Below, one piece after another: positions 27,217-37,414 of a stretch of 57,321 nt of DNA. The notes beneath the pieces were generated by a model. The model was not told the DNA's origin. It was given only the letters and a program-made list of their open reading frames with translations, and did no database searches. Source of the stretch: a virus (taxonomy: Duplodnaviria; Caudoviricetes); the IMG/VR virus record IMGVR_UViG_3300026097_000026, positions 1 to 57,321 of that record. One strand, written 5' to 3'. Numbering within the stretch: the first letter of the stretch is position 1; the number at the start of each line of letters is the position of its first letter. The position numbers were made by a program, and so were the translations under genes.

Positions 27217-28873
27217 AAATCTACAGTATAAGAATTTTGCAAGCTATGGTAACAGGCTTCAGTATATGGAATTTGAAAAGGATAGTAGTGATCTATATTT
27301 AGTTTTAGGTAATAATGGGAGTGGGAAAAGTACGCTTGCAAAAGTAATTACATATTTATGTTACGGTAAAGTGGAAGGTGCAAACTTAAGAGATTTACCT
27401 AATAGGGTCAATAAAGAACTTTGGGGTAAAATTGAATTAGAAAGTAAAGGTAATACTATTATTATTGAAAGAGGAATTAATCCTAATGTATTTAATGTAG
27501 AAATTAATGGTGAGGAATATGATGTTGCTGGTAAAACTAATCTTCAGGATTTTTTAGAAACTGAAATGTATGAAATACCTTATCATGTATTTAAGAATGT
27601 AATAATTCTTTCTGTTAATGATTTTAAGTCATTTATTACCATGTCACCTTATGATAAAAAAATGATTATTGATAGAATATTTGGGTTTTCTGTAATTAAT
27701 GAAATGAGAGAACTTGTTAAAATAAAAAGGAGAACGGTATCAGAACAAATAAAAACACTAGATGATGAAATAAGAACTATTGATGATTCAATTAAATCTA
27801 TTCTTACAAAAATAGATGAAATTGAAAAAATAAGTGAAGAGAAGAGTTCTGAAAAAATGATTAACTTAAAACAGAAATTAGTTAAGTTAAATGAAGACCG
27901 AAAAAAATTATTAGAAGCCAATAAAAAAGCAAAAGAAAAGGTTTCCGAATATGATAAAATTACTAAAGATTCAAATAGACAAGAAACTGAAATTAATAAT
28001 GATATTAAGTATACTAAAAGGTGGATAAAGCTTTATGAAAATAAAACTTGCCCAACATGCCATTCACCATTAGACTCAGATTTTCATCAAAATATTAAAA
28101 AAGAAAAAGAAGAACATTTACAAAGTCTTAATGAAAAGTGGAGAATTGTAAAAAAATCTGTGCATGAAGCAGAACAGAAGTTAACTGATATCAGAAATAA
28201 AGGTAGAGAAATTTCAATTAAAGTAGGACAACTAGAAACTCAAATGAATTCATTAAAAAATGAATTAATTAAAATATCGGAAAATGAATCAGAAGACTCT
28301 GATTATTTTAAGCAATTAATACAAGAGTTTAAAGAAAAGAAAGAAAATAAAGGTGAAAATAAAAATACCGTTGAAAGTGAAGATTATTATTTAAATGTCT
28401 TAGAAAATTTAATGGGTGAGGACGGTATTAAAAACTTAGCAATAAGATCAATTTTACCTTCATTTAATGATCATATAGATATTATGGCAAAAGAAATGGG
28501 AATTCCTTTTGGTATAAAATTTGATGATAAGTTCAACTGTTCAATATATCATTTAGGTGAAGAGGTCAGTCCTAAAACATTAAGTACAGGTGAAAGAAAG
28601 AAGGCTGACTTTGTAATTATTATGGCAATGATTAAAATGATAAAGGTTAGATTCCCATCTCTTAATCTTTTATTTTTAGATGAAATATTTTCATCAATTG
28701 ATTCATCAGGTGTTCATCATATTATTTCAATCTTACATGAAACTATTAGAGATATAGGCTTAAATACATTTGTGATTAATCATACAGTTTTACCATCTGA
28801 ATATTTTGATAAAAAAATTGAAATAACTAAAGATGCAGGCTTTAGTGAATTTTTAATAGAATCTATTGGATAA
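27206..28873 (+). CDS. gp46: Rad50/SbcC-like ATPase gp46
   Basis: KNFASYGN, GNNGSGKST, coiled coil with CPTC hook, LSTGE, LFLDEIF. Confidence 0.92.
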   Translation: MRIKNLQYKNFASYGNRLQYMEFEKDSSDLYLVLGNNGSGKSTLAKVITYLCYGKVEGANLRDLPNRVNKELWGKIELESKGNTIIIERGINPNVFNVEINGEEYDVAGKTNLQDFLETEMYEIPYHVFKNVIILSVNDFKSFITMSPYDKKMIIDRIFGFSVINEMRELVKIKRRTVSEQIKTLDDEIRTIDDSIKSILTKIDEIEKISEEKSSEKMINLKQKLVKLNEDRKKLLEANKKAKEKVSEYDKITKDSNRQETEINNDIKYTKRWIKLYENKTCPTCHSPLDSDFHQNIKKEKEEHLQSLNEKWRIVKKSVHEAEQKLTDIRNKGREISIKVGQLETQMNSLKNELIKISENESEDSDYFKQLIQEFKEKKENKGENKNTVESEDYYLNVLENLMGEDGIKNLAIRSILPSFNDHIDIMAKEMGIPFGIKFDDKFNCSIYHLGEEVSPKTLSTGERKKADFVIIMAMIKMIKVRFPSLNLLFLDEIFSSIDSSGVHHIISILHETIRDIGLNTFVINHTVLPSEYFDKKIEITKDAGFSEFLIESIG

Positions 28874-28908
28874 ATATAAAACAATGAATTCTAAACATAA
28901 ATTAAAAA

Positions 28909-29799
28909 ATGTCATTATATAACCAGGAATACAATAAAGATAATGTTATTTTAAGATACGTTCTTGTAGCTTTATTAGCAGATCTTAAAGATAAGGTATA
29001 TTTTTATAATCGTATAGATGAAGATAATTATAAAAAAATAGATATTCCTTTTTATTATTCTTTAACAGGCAATGAAAGATTTCTAGCTGATAAATTTTTA
29101 TATGATCCAGAATCTCAAGGAAAAGCTATAGGTGATTATGAAGTTGTTCCTAGAGGAGTTTTACAAATGTCAAGTATGGCTATTGACAGTGGTAGTATGA
29201 CAAATAAATATATTAGAGCTGAATTAGTAAAGGAAATTGATGGTGAGCTTAAGACTCTTAACTTTGAAACAAACTTTCTTCCTATTAGTATATCATTTGA
29301 TACAACTATAGTATGCTCAAATAATCTTGAAATGTTAAAAGCAACAGAATCTGTTATTTCAAAACTATATAAATCTACGTTATACCAAGTAGATTTAGGA
29401 ATGTTTAGGATTGAAGCTTCATACCAAGTACCTGAAGACTATGCACAAGATAAACTTTTTGAATTTACAGTTGATGATAAAAAGGAATTTAAAGTTACAT
29501 TTCCTATTGAAGTACAATCATTTATACCTGTTTTTGAATCAGGTATACTTTTAAGTGAAATTGATAGTATTTATAAAAATGGTGATATGAAATTTAAAGG
29601 AATATTTAATGAATTTGATACTTCAATTAATGATATATCTATAGCGCCTAAAGGATCTATTGACTCTAATTCACCAGGATCTGTTAATAATTTAAGTAAA
29701 ACCGGAAAGATTTATTTGACTGATGAATTGGTACCTAATAATTCTGATAATGAACCAAGCGAAAGCAAGACTTGGAGAAACGGTAATAGTGATGAATAG
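28909..29799 (+). CDS. gp15: tail terminator / sheath stabiliser gp15-like
   Basis: IPFYY...ERFL...VPRGVLQMSSMAIDS pattern resembles gp15. Confidence 0.6.
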   Translation: MSLYNQEYNKDNVILRYVLVALLADLKDKVYFYNRIDEDNYKKIDIPFYYSLTGNERFLADKFLYDPESQGKAIGDYEVVPRGVLQMSSMAIDSGSMTNKYIRAELVKEIDGELKTLNFETNFLPISISFDTTIVCSNNLEMLKATESVISKLYKSTLYQVDLGMFRIEASYQVPEDYAQDKLFEFTVDDKKEFKVTFPIEVQSFIPVFESGILLSEIDSIYKNGDMKFKGIFNEFDTSINDISIAPKGSIDSNSPGSVNNLSKTGKIYLTDELVPNNSDNEPSESKTWRNGNSDE

Positions 29800-29827
29800 A
29801 ATATAATATTGTCTTTCTATTCTTAGA

Positions 29828-29835
29828 ATATATAA
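29828..29835 (+). promoter_or_regulatory. putative late promoter ATATATAA
   Basis: Recurrent octamer upstream of morphogenesis genes. Confidence 0.5.
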
Positions 29836-29854
29836 AACAAATAAAAGAGTAAAC

Positions 29855-31852
29855 ATGAATAAAATTAATGAAGGTCAAACTCAAGTTTACATGGACGGTC
29901 ATATAGATCATCAAGCTGGTGTAAATACAGCTGATCCCTATCTTAACCGACCACCAAAACAATTATTAGACATAACAACAGAGTTTATGAAAAGCGGTAA
30001 AAGCCAAGCACAGGTTTTGGCTATATTAGTAGGAATGGGTATACCTCAGCAATTAGCAAAATCATCAATACAGACATGCGATTATGCAATGTCAAATAAT
30101 TTAGGAGAAAGTAAACAACAAAAAAATAATACAAAAATGAATTTTACATTAACACAGTTATATGAGAACATTAATTCTTCGTTAACTAAGCTAAATTACA
30201 TATCATCCGATTCAACCAGAGTTTCTTACTCTGCTAAAAAGGCAATTTCAGTTTTAGAACATTCATTAGATTTATTCCCTGGTATTAATGTTACAGAAAG
30301 CAAGGTTAAACAATTAGAGGAAAAGCTAAGATCTGAAGAAGAAGCTGAGCAAAAAGCTATCAATGAAAAAAACTATGAATTAGCATCTGAGAGTAGGGAT
30401 AAGTGCAATGAATTAAAAAATCAGATTATAGCAGAAAACCAAAAAACAAATTCAGATTTATCATCTGATGAATTGTCTGATGCTTTTAATGAATCGTCTC
30501 ATCCTACATTAAAATATAAAATTGCTAAATCAGTATATAATAATACAAGTGAATATGAATGGTTAAATCCTATAAATGAACTTAAATCTTATCTTGATAA
30601 AGTTTATGAAGATAATAAATGGTCATTTAAAATAGTAGAAGCAGTTGGTTCTCTATCATCTAGATCTAATCCTTTACACCAAAGATTAGAAAAAGATCTT
30701 TTGGGAATTGTTAATGAATCTGACGTTAAGTCAAAATTTATAAAAATTGCAAAAAATAACCCATGGTCAACTCAATGTTCTTTTATTGTTAATGAAATGA
30801 ACGTTGAAGATAAAAAATCTGTTAACCAAAAAGGTGCTTCGGTTAATCGTATCTTTTCTCCAGTACTAAATGAAAATGGTGGATATCACTTTCATTTAAA
30901 CGGTTATAATTACTTTATGAAAGATAATAAAATACAAGAAAGTAATATAACTGATGCAAGATTTAATAATATCATAGATGTTCTTAATTTTTCTAAAATA
31001 TCTGAAGATGCAATAACAATATACGGACAAAAGGATAAGTTTTTACAGTTTAATATATCAGAAGGTACTCTTAAGTTAGGTTCTATGGATTTAACAGAGT
31101 CAAGCATTCAACAGTTAAGAAATGCATTATTAACAAATCAATTATTTCATTTTACAGAGTCAAATAAAGTAGACAAAGTTTGTATGATGTTTGAAAATAT
31201 TGATATGTTAAATGAAATGGATCATCTTTTAAACCTTTCATCAAATGAATTTTTAAACGTTCATTTAACACTTATTGCAGTTGAAGAAGGTGTTTGGGTT
31301 AATAAAATTAACCCAGGAATGAAAATAAATGAAATGAGTTTTTATAAGTTAGCAGAAGAAGCATTAACTGAAACCAAAAATTTTATTGGTTATGATGCAT
31401 CTTCTTATCTTTCTGAAAAATTACTTACTGAAGGATACAAAAAGGCTATTTATGAAAACAAAAGATCTAAAATCAATAATACAATTTCAATACTAGAAGA
31501 CAAAAAATCTGAAATAGAATCTGTAGTAAAGAAAATTGGATTAAACGAAGAGTTAAAAGAAGCATTAAAAATAGTTAATTCTGAAATTGAAAAAGCAGAA
31601 AAGGAATTACAGGAAACTTATATCTCAGAAAAAAAATTATCAAAATCTGAAATTGAAGAATATGCAAATGATGGGTATGTAGAAGCAAAGCTTAGCAAAA
31701 CTATAGGACCTAATTTTAAAAAAGGCCAAGATATTATGGTAAACGCTGAAGAATTTGCATCTTTAGGTAAAGGTGATTTACTTAAAATAGTTAATCCTAG
31801 TAACAGTGAAACAAAATTAGTAGATAAAGGTGATCTTAAAATAGATCTATAA
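29855..31852 (+). CDS. large hypothetical head-associated protein with UVR-like coiled coil
   Basis: 665 aa; EQKAINEKNYELASESRDKCNEL matches the UVR motif; many hydrophobic-x-E-S/G sites. Confidence 0.55.
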   Translation: MNKINEGQTQVYMDGHIDHQAGVNTADPYLNRPPKQLLDITTEFMKSGKSQAQVLAILVGMGIPQQLAKSSIQTCDYAMSNNLGESKQQKNNTKMNFTLTQLYENINSSLTKLNYISSDSTRVSYSAKKAISVLEHSLDLFPGINVTESKVKQLEEKLRSEEEAEQKAINEKNYELASESRDKCNELKNQIIAENQKTNSDLSSDELSDAFNESSHPTLKYKIAKSVYNNTSEYEWLNPINELKSYLDKVYEDNKWSFKIVEAVGSLSSRSNPLHQRLEKDLLGIVNESDVKSKFIKIAKNNPWSTQCSFIVNEMNVEDKKSVNQKGASVNRIFSPVLNENGGYHFHLNGYNYFMKDNKIQESNITDARFNNIIDVLNFSKISEDAITIYGQKDKFLQFNISEGTLKLGSMDLTESSIQQLRNALLTNQLFHFTESNKVDKVCMMFENIDMLNEMDHLLNLSSNEFLNVHLTLIAVEEGVWVNKINPGMKINEMSFYKLAEEALTETKNFIGYDASSYLSEKLLTEGYKKAIYENKRSKINNTISILEDKKSEIESVVKKIGLNEELKEALKIVNSEIEKAEKELQETYISEKKLSKSEIEEYANDGYVEAKLSKTIGPNFKKGQDIMVNAEEFASLGKGDLLKIVNPSNSETKLVDKGDLKIDL

Positions 31853-31872
31853 TTACCAATATCATTTTAATG

Positions 31873-31903
31873 AAGGCTGGACTTAAACAATCCAGCCTTT
31901 TTT
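31873..31903 (+). terminator. rho-independent terminator overlapping the gp55 promoter
   Basis: AAGGCTGGA-cttaaacaa-TCCAGCCTTTTTT. Confidence 0.7.
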
Positions 31904-31910
31904 CATATAA
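31884..31910 (+). promoter_or_regulatory. putative early/middle promoter TAAAC-N17-TATAA
   Basis: Copy of the motif upstream of the late sigma factor. Confidence 0.6.
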
Positions 31911-31927
31911 AAATAAATAAAAATGAT

Positions 31928-32293
31928 ATGCCAAGAAAAAGAAAATATTTAAATAACCGAGATTTATTAGAAGAAATTCAAAAGTCACAACAGCAAGATG
32001 AACTTACTCCTAAAGCTTTGAAAATGCTTATGATGTTAGCTGATAGAAGTTCAAATAAATTATCATATAGAGATTCTGATGACAAGAGAGACTGTATTGC
32101 ATTTGCATATATGGATCTTTATAAGTATTGGAGAAACTTTAATCCTGAAAAAAGTACAAATGCCTTTGCGTATTTCACTGAAATTGCAAAAAGAGGTTTC
32201 GCAAAAGGGTGGAATAAATTACATCCTAAAAAGTACACAGGAACTATTTCAATTAATGGTAGTGAAGATGGCGACGGAATTTATTCAATCTAA
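31928..32293 (+). CDS. gp55: late-transcription sigma factor gp55-like
   Basis: YLNNRDLL and NFNPEKSTNAFAYFTEIA match gp55 conserved blocks. Confidence 0.8.
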   Translation: MPRKRKYLNNRDLLEEIQKSQQQDELTPKALKMLMMLADRSSNKLSYRDSDDKRDCIAFAYMDLYKYWRNFNPEKSTNAFAYFTEIAKRGFAKGWNKLHPKKYTGTISINGSEDGDGIYSI

Positions 32294-32787
32294 TGAGTAT
32301 TAAAAAAGTTAAACCTACAGCAAAGAGTGGATATAAACAGGGTTACTATAAACCTAAAAATATGTCTAAATATAATGGACCTTTGCCTATAATATATAGA
32401 AGTAGTTGGGAAAGAAAATTTTGTCATTGGTGTGATAATAATGAAAATGTAGTATCATGGATGTCAGAGCCTTTTTCTATAAAATATTTTAATATATTAG
32501 ACAATAAGTTTCATAATTATTATCCTGATTTTTACTTTAGGATTAAAAGAGGTTTAACTGAAAATGGTGATGATATTATTGAAAGCTATGTTGTTGAAAT
32601 TAAACCTAAATCACAATTAATTAAACCTAAAGAACCTAAACGAAAAACAACTAAAGCTTTAAAAAATTATAAAGAAGGTTATGAAACTTATGTAAGAAAC
32701 CTTTGTAAAACTGATGCACTACGAAAAGCTGCAAAAACCAGAAATTTTAAGGTAATGCTATTAACAGAAGATTCAAAATTATTTTAA
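32293..32787 (+). CDS. gp4: head completion nuclease gp4 (TnsA-like)
   Basis: IIYRSSWERKFCHWCD, WMSEP, YYPDFYF, VEIKPKSQ, LLTED. Confidence 0.85.
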   Translation: MSIKKVKPTAKSGYKQGYYKPKNMSKYNGPLPIIYRSSWERKFCHWCDNNENVVSWMSEPFSIKYFNILDNKFHNYYPDFYFRIKRGLTENGDDIIESYVVEIKPKSQLIKPKEPKRKTTKALKNYKEGYETYVRNLCKTDALRKAAKTRNFKVMLLTEDSKLF

Positions 32788-32789
32788 TT

Positions 32790-33359
32790 ATGATTGTTGG
32801 TGATTTTAATGTTGACTTGGAACAATACATACAAGAAAATAATGGGCGAGTATCTGCATCTAAAAAATCTTCAATAGATATTGAAAATACTGGTGAATCC
32901 GTAAGAGGTTTTTTTGAAACTGGTAAGATGTATACTTATCGTTATTTTACACCAAATGAACTTAAATACGATACTAATCCTATTATACTTTCATTAGGAT
33001 TAAATGAATCTAAAAATCTTATTGGTATTAATTTACACTATATTCCTTATGATGATAGATTAAACCTTATTAATAATGTTATTAGGTCATATGAGTCAAT
33101 TATTTCAAAAGAATTAAATGATTTAAATCCACCTAGATATCAAAAGTCATTAGATTCTTTTATCTGGGAAAACGTTAATAATGCTTACGGTAGAAAATAT
33201 AATTTAAAATACGCAGTAAGACAGTATAGATTTGATAGAATAAGAAAACCGAAAGTATTAGGTTATGAAAACTGGTACTTAGGTGCTGTTAACGATGAGA
33301 ATTATTTTTTTGGTACAAATATAAACGAAGCACAGTCATTATATTACACGAATATATAA
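32790..33359 (+). CDS. gp2: DNA end protector gp2-like
   Basis: GKMYTYRY, YDTNPIIL, GINLHYIP. Confidence 0.75.
   Translation: MIVGDFNVDLEQYIQENNGRVSASKKSSIDIENTGESVRGFFETGKMYTYRYFTPNELKYDTNPIILSLGLNESKNLIGINLHYIPYDDRLNLINNVIRSYESIISKELNDLNPPRYQKSLDSFIWENVNNAYGRKYNLKYAVRQYRFDRIRKPKVLGYENWYLGAVNDENYFFGTNINEAQSLYYTNI
33352..33359 (+). promoter_or_regulatory. putative late promoter ATATATAA
   Basis: Upstream of portal gene. Confidence 0.5.
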
Positions 33360-33378
33360 ATTAATAAAATAAAAATAA

Positions 33379-35025
33379 ATGGCAGGATTTACAAATAGAA
33401 AAGGACCGTTATCAGATGGAAATCCAGTTAGAAAAGTTTTAAAAGATCTTTCCAATCTAGGGATGGCTTATGATGATATGATTCTTCGTAACTCTAGAGC
33501 AGTTGGTTTTACTGAAAATGAAATGGGTTATTCAATGAATCCTATGGGTTCAGACTCTGATGATATTTATTCTGCGTTTGCATCGCTATCTCTTACTGAT
33601 ACTACTCTTAAGAAAAACATATCAATTTTTGATAAAGATTACACTAAAAAAAGAGATCAGTTAAGAGCTTACGCTGTACAAGATGAAGTAGAGGAAATAT
33701 TAGATGTTATCACAGATGAAGCTATAGTCTTTGATAAGTCAAATTATGCTGCATATGCTGATTTTCATGGTGAAATTTCAGCAGGTGTTGAAGAAGAAAT
33801 AGATGATATTTATAATAACATTTATAATTATTTTGGCTTTAATGATGCTTTATCAATCTGGAATTATTTTAGGAAGTGGTTAGTAGATGGTTTTCTTTCT
33901 TTTGAAATAGTTTACAATGATAAACAAACTGAAATAATAGGATTTAAAGAATTAGATCCTACTTCGTTAATGCCAGGTGTTGATTCAACTACAGGTAAAA
34001 AAATGTGGATCCAATATAAAGGCGGTGGTCCTAAAGAAAGAAAACTTTGGGATTCTCAAATAATTTACATATCATATTCACAGGTTAATTCACCACAGAG
34101 AGTATCTTATGTTGAGAGATTAATTCGTTCTTTTAATCTCTTAAGAATTATGGAACATACTAGAGTTATATGGGCAGTCACAAACTCATCATTTAAAACT
34201 CAATTTATTATACCTGTTGGTGGTAAATCTAAAACTCGTGCAAAACAGTCTCTTGCACAGTTAATGAATTCATATCGAGAAGTTGTAGACTTTGATTATG
34301 AAAGCGGTGAAATACAGTCAAATGGAAAACCTATGATGCCGTTTAATAAAGAATATTGGTTACCTAGTAAAGATGGTGAATCTCCTGAAATAAGTACAAT
34401 AGGCGGTGATGGTCCAGATTTAGGTGATACAGAATCTTTGAAATATTTTTCAGATAAATTAAAAGTTGCTTCAAAAATACCTTTTTCTCGTTTTGATAGA
34501 GATGGTGGTAGTACATATGATATTGAAGCAAGTGGAATGTTAAGAGATGAAATTAAATTTTCAAAGTTTATTGATAGGTTAAGATCAATATTTCAGGAAA
34601 TATTAATTAAACCAGTGTACCTTCAGATGTGTATAAATAATCCAGAACTTAAAAATGATATATCATTTAAAGCAGGATTAGGGCTTAATTTTGTTAAAGA
34701 TAATGTATTTGAAGAAATTAAGGAAATGGAATTACAATCAAGAAGAGTTGATTTTATTGGCAATCTTAAAACACAATTAAGTACAATGGATGCTGAAATG
34801 AATGAGATACCTTTCTTTGACTTAGGCTGGTTAATAAAAAGGTACGGCGGATTTACTAGAGAAGATTTAAAAGCTAACGAAAGAGCTAAGATGAGAACTT
34901 CATTAGAAGAAAAAGGATATAGTGAAGAGGATATTGAAAAAATACTATTAGGAGCACCTGAATCAGATTTTAAACCTGAAGGGGGTAGTGACGACGTAGA
35001 AGAAGACCCATTAGCAGGGTTATAA
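33379..35025 (+). CDS. gp20: portal protein gp20
   Basis: FRKWLVDG, SYVERLIRSFNLLRIMEH, EYWLPSKDG, LKYFSDKLKVASKIPFSRF, RDEIKFSKFIDRLRSIF. Confidence 0.92.
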   Translation: MAGFTNRKGPLSDGNPVRKVLKDLSNLGMAYDDMILRNSRAVGFTENEMGYSMNPMGSDSDDIYSAFASLSLTDTTLKKNISIFDKDYTKKRDQLRAYAVQDEVEEILDVITDEAIVFDKSNYAAYADFHGEISAGVEEEIDDIYNNIYNYFGFNDALSIWNYFRKWLVDGFLSFEIVYNDKQTEIIGFKELDPTSLMPGVDSTTGKKMWIQYKGGGPKERKLWDSQIIYISYSQVNSPQRVSYVERLIRSFNLLRIMEHTRVIWAVTNSSFKTQFIIPVGGKSKTRAKQSLAQLMNSYREVVDFDYESGEIQSNGKPMMPFNKEYWLPSKDGESPEISTIGGDGPDLGDTESLKYFSDKLKVASKIPFSRFDRDGGSTYDIEASGMLRDEIKFSKFIDRLRSIFQEILIKPVYLQMCINNPELKNDISFKAGLGLNFVKDNVFEEIKEMELQSRRVDFIGNLKTQLSTMDAEMNEIPFFDLGWLIKRYGGFTREDLKANERAKMRTSLEEKGYSEEDIEKILLGAPESDFKPEGGSDDVEEDPLAGL

Positions 35026-35043
35026 AAACTTGAATGATCTATA

Positions 35044-35051
35044 ATATATAA
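35044..35051 (+). promoter_or_regulatory. putative late promoter ATATATAA
   Basis: Upstream of prohead protease gene. Confidence 0.5.
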
Positions 35052-35069
35052 AACAAATAAAGATACAAC

Positions 35070-36839
35070 ATGTCATCAAACAAATTATTAATACTTGAAA
35101 GATCAAGTTCCGTTCTTGACAAAACAGTAGATTCTGATGGTAGTGTAGTCCTAGAAGGAGTATTTACTGAAATTGGAGTAAAAAACAAAAACAATAGAGT
35201 TTACGAAGAAAAGGAAGTGTTACCTCATATTAATGAGTTACAGAAAAAAGTCAAGACTTCAAAATTATTAGGTGAATTAGACCACCCAAAAGATTTTGAC
35301 ATTAGCCTTTCAAACGTTTCTCACGTTATTGAAGATTTATCATATGACCCAAGCACTAAACAAGTTATGGGTAGGATTAGACTATTAAATACTGATAAAG
35401 GTAAACAAGCAAAAGCTTTAGTTGAAGATGGAATACCTCTTCATATTTCAAGTAGAGCTGCAGGTAATGTTGACGAAAATGGTAATGTAAAGATTAAAAA
35501 ATTCTTTACTTATGATTTAGTAGCAGATCCTGGTTTTGAAAATGCTGAGCTTAGCAGGGTTAATGAATCATTTGGATATGAATCATCTGATTCTTTATTT
35601 ATTTATGAAATGAAAGACACAAAGGATAAAAAAGAAAATACATCAAAGATGGAAGAAAACAACAAATTTGTAACAGCTGAAGATTTTAATAAGTACACTG
35701 AATATCTTGCTAATGAAATGAAGTCAGTTAAAGAAGCTGCTAATTCATCAGAAAAAGAAACGGTTGAAAAGCTTGTTAATTATACTGAACATATAGCAGA
35801 AAAAGTTAATCAACTTACTGATTATACTGAATACTTATCAGAAAACTTAGATAAAAGTATTGCTCATACTGATTATGTAGTTGAAAACGTTAACCAAATC
35901 AAAAGCTATGCTAAATACTTAGCAGAAGAGTTAGATAATAGTATTAAATATACCGAACATGTTGCAGAAAAGGCTGATAAAGGAATTCAATATACTGAAC
36001 ACGTTGCAGAAAAGGCAGATCAAGGAATTGCTTATTCTGAACATTTAGCAGAAAAACTTAACCAAACAATTGGATATGCTGAGCATATTGCAGAAAAAGC
36101 TGACCAAGGAATTAGTTATACAGAACATGTTGCAGAAAAGGCAGATCAAGGAATTGCTTATTCTGAACATTTAGCAGAAAAACTTAACCAAAGTATTTCT
36201 TATTCTGAATACTTAAAAGAAGGTTTAGAAAAAGGTATATCATATACAGAATATGTAGCGGAAAAAATAAATGAAAGTACTTTTAATCCACTAACAGAAT
36301 CACAAGCCAACCCAGAATTGGATAAAATTAATTCATTATTAGAATCAGCTAAATCTAAATCAATTAAACCAAAAGGTGATATGCATTTTATGAATTTTTT
36401 AACTGAGTCTAAAAAGTCTGAATTTTCTTCTCTATCAGAAGAAAAGCAAAACCTAATTAAAGAAAAGATGAATAGTACTAGTGTAATGAGTACTATCCAA
36501 GCTGAGAATATTTGGGAATCTGCGTTTAAACCGCAAAGAACAAAATTAAACTTTATTGAGGATATGCCTGAAAAGTTTAAAGCTAAATGGGATAACCTTA
36601 CAGAATCAAAACAATCTCAAATTGTTGCAGAGTCTAAATTTTACCCATTAAACACACAATACCAAATTAATAACTTTTGGCAAACTAGAGATCTTAGACC
36701 ATCTAGTGTTGAATTAGAAAAAATTAACGAAAGTAAATCTGCAGGTGAATCAGCAAATAAATTAAATGAGTCTTCAATTAGTGAAGAGAGAAGATCCGAA
36801 ATTGTAAATCGTGTCAAGTTTAATTTAGGCAGGAAATAA
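35070..36839 (+). CDS. gp21: prohead protease (gp21) fused to scaffold/core (gp22-like) domain
   Basis: LEGVF, KNKNNRVY, LGELDHP, VSHVI, ISSRAAG, YDLVADPG; C-terminal coiled-coil repeats. Confidence 0.88.
   Translation: MSSNKLLILERSSSVLDKTVDSDGSVVLEGVFTEIGVKNKNNRVYEEKEVLPHINELQKKVKTSKLLGELDHPKDFDISLSNVSHVIEDLSYDPSTKQVMGRIRLLNTDKGKQAKALVEDGIPLHISSRAAGNVDENGNVKIKKFFTYDLVADPGFENAELSRVNESFGYESSDSLFIYEMKDTKDKKENTSKMEENNKFVTAEDFNKYTEYLANEMKSVKEAANSSEKETVEKLVNYTEHIAEKVNQLTDYTEYLSENLDKSIAHTDYVVENVNQIKSYAKYLAEELDNSIKYTEHVAEKADKGIQYTEHVAEKADQGIAYSEHLAEKLNQTIGYAEHIAEKADQGISYTEHVAEKADQGIAYSEHLAEKLNQSISYSEYLKEGLEKGISYTEYVAEKINESTFNPLTESQANPELDKINSLLESAKSKSIKPKGDMHFMNFLTESKKSEFSSLSEEKQNLIKEKMNSTSVMSTIQAENIWESAFKPQRTKLNFIEDMPEKFKAKWDNLTESKQSQIVAESKFYPLNTQYQINNFWQTRDLRPSSVELEKINESKSAGESANKLNESSISEERRSEIVNRVKFNLGRK
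35781..36278 (+). repeat. coding tandem repeat, about 12 x 42 bp (14 aa, YTEHVAEKADQGIx)
   Basis: Visible in the translation; includes an exact 64-bp duplication at 36003-36066 and 36129-36192. Confidence 0.9.
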
Positions 36840-36873
36840 TTAAAAATTAAAATAAATAAAAAAAAGAAGAAAA

Positions 36874-37299
36874 ATGAAGTATGTAAAATTATTTGAGCAA
36901 TTCATATTAGAAGAAAGCTCTTTAGAAGAAAAAGCTAATGGTAAATCTATTAAGGAAGGGTTAGACTTTACCTTTGCTGATTTAGATGCTTTTGCCACCG
37001 AAATAAAATCTGACTTTAAAACCTTAGGAAAGTATATGAAATACATAGGTGCAAGAATACCTGCTGATGCATACCTTGCTGGAACAGAGCGTGATTTAAG
37101 AGATGCTGGATTTACGTTTATAGAAAGTGGAAAACCTGAACGTGTAAACGTAGAAGTTAATGCAGGAATGACTGGTACTGAAGTTGAAATGGGAACTCTT
37201 AATGGTGAAAAGGCCTTTGGTATAAATGATGGTCAAGATGTATTTATATATGTTGGACCTAAATCAAAAGACAAATTTAATCCATTAGAAGAATATTAA
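36874..37299 (+). CDS. putative internal head protein
   Basis: Lies between scaffold and capsid genes; N-terminus MKYVKLFEQFILEES resembles the T4 capsid-targeting sequence. Confidence 0.6.
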   Translation: MKYVKLFEQFILEESSLEEKANGKSIKEGLDFTFADLDAFATEIKSDFKTLGKYMKYIGARIPADAYLAGTERDLRDAGFTFIESGKPERVNVEVNAGMTGTEVEMGTLNGEKAFGINDGQDVFIYVGPKSKDKFNPLEEY

Positions 37300-37325
37300 T
37301 AATACTAATAATTAACTTTATTTTT

Positions 37326-37354
37326 AAAAAGATCTGCTTCGGCGGATCTTTTTT
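37326..37354 (+). terminator. rho-independent terminator (UUCG loop)
   Basis: AAAAAGATCTGC-TTCG-GCGGATCTTTTTT. Confidence 0.85.
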
Positions 37355-37406
37355 GTCTAAAATATAATATTTTTAAATATTTTTAAAAAAGACAAACATT
37401 GAGTTG

Positions 37407-37414
37407 ATATATAA
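37407..37414 (+). promoter_or_regulatory. putative late promoter ATATATAA
   Basis: Upstream of the major capsid gene, downstream of a terminator. Confidence 0.55.

Noticed and set aside
35781-36278. 42-bp periodic repeat as a possible CRISPR array
   Set aside because: No unique spacers; units are in frame and vary mainly at the codon level, so it is a coding coiled-coil repeat
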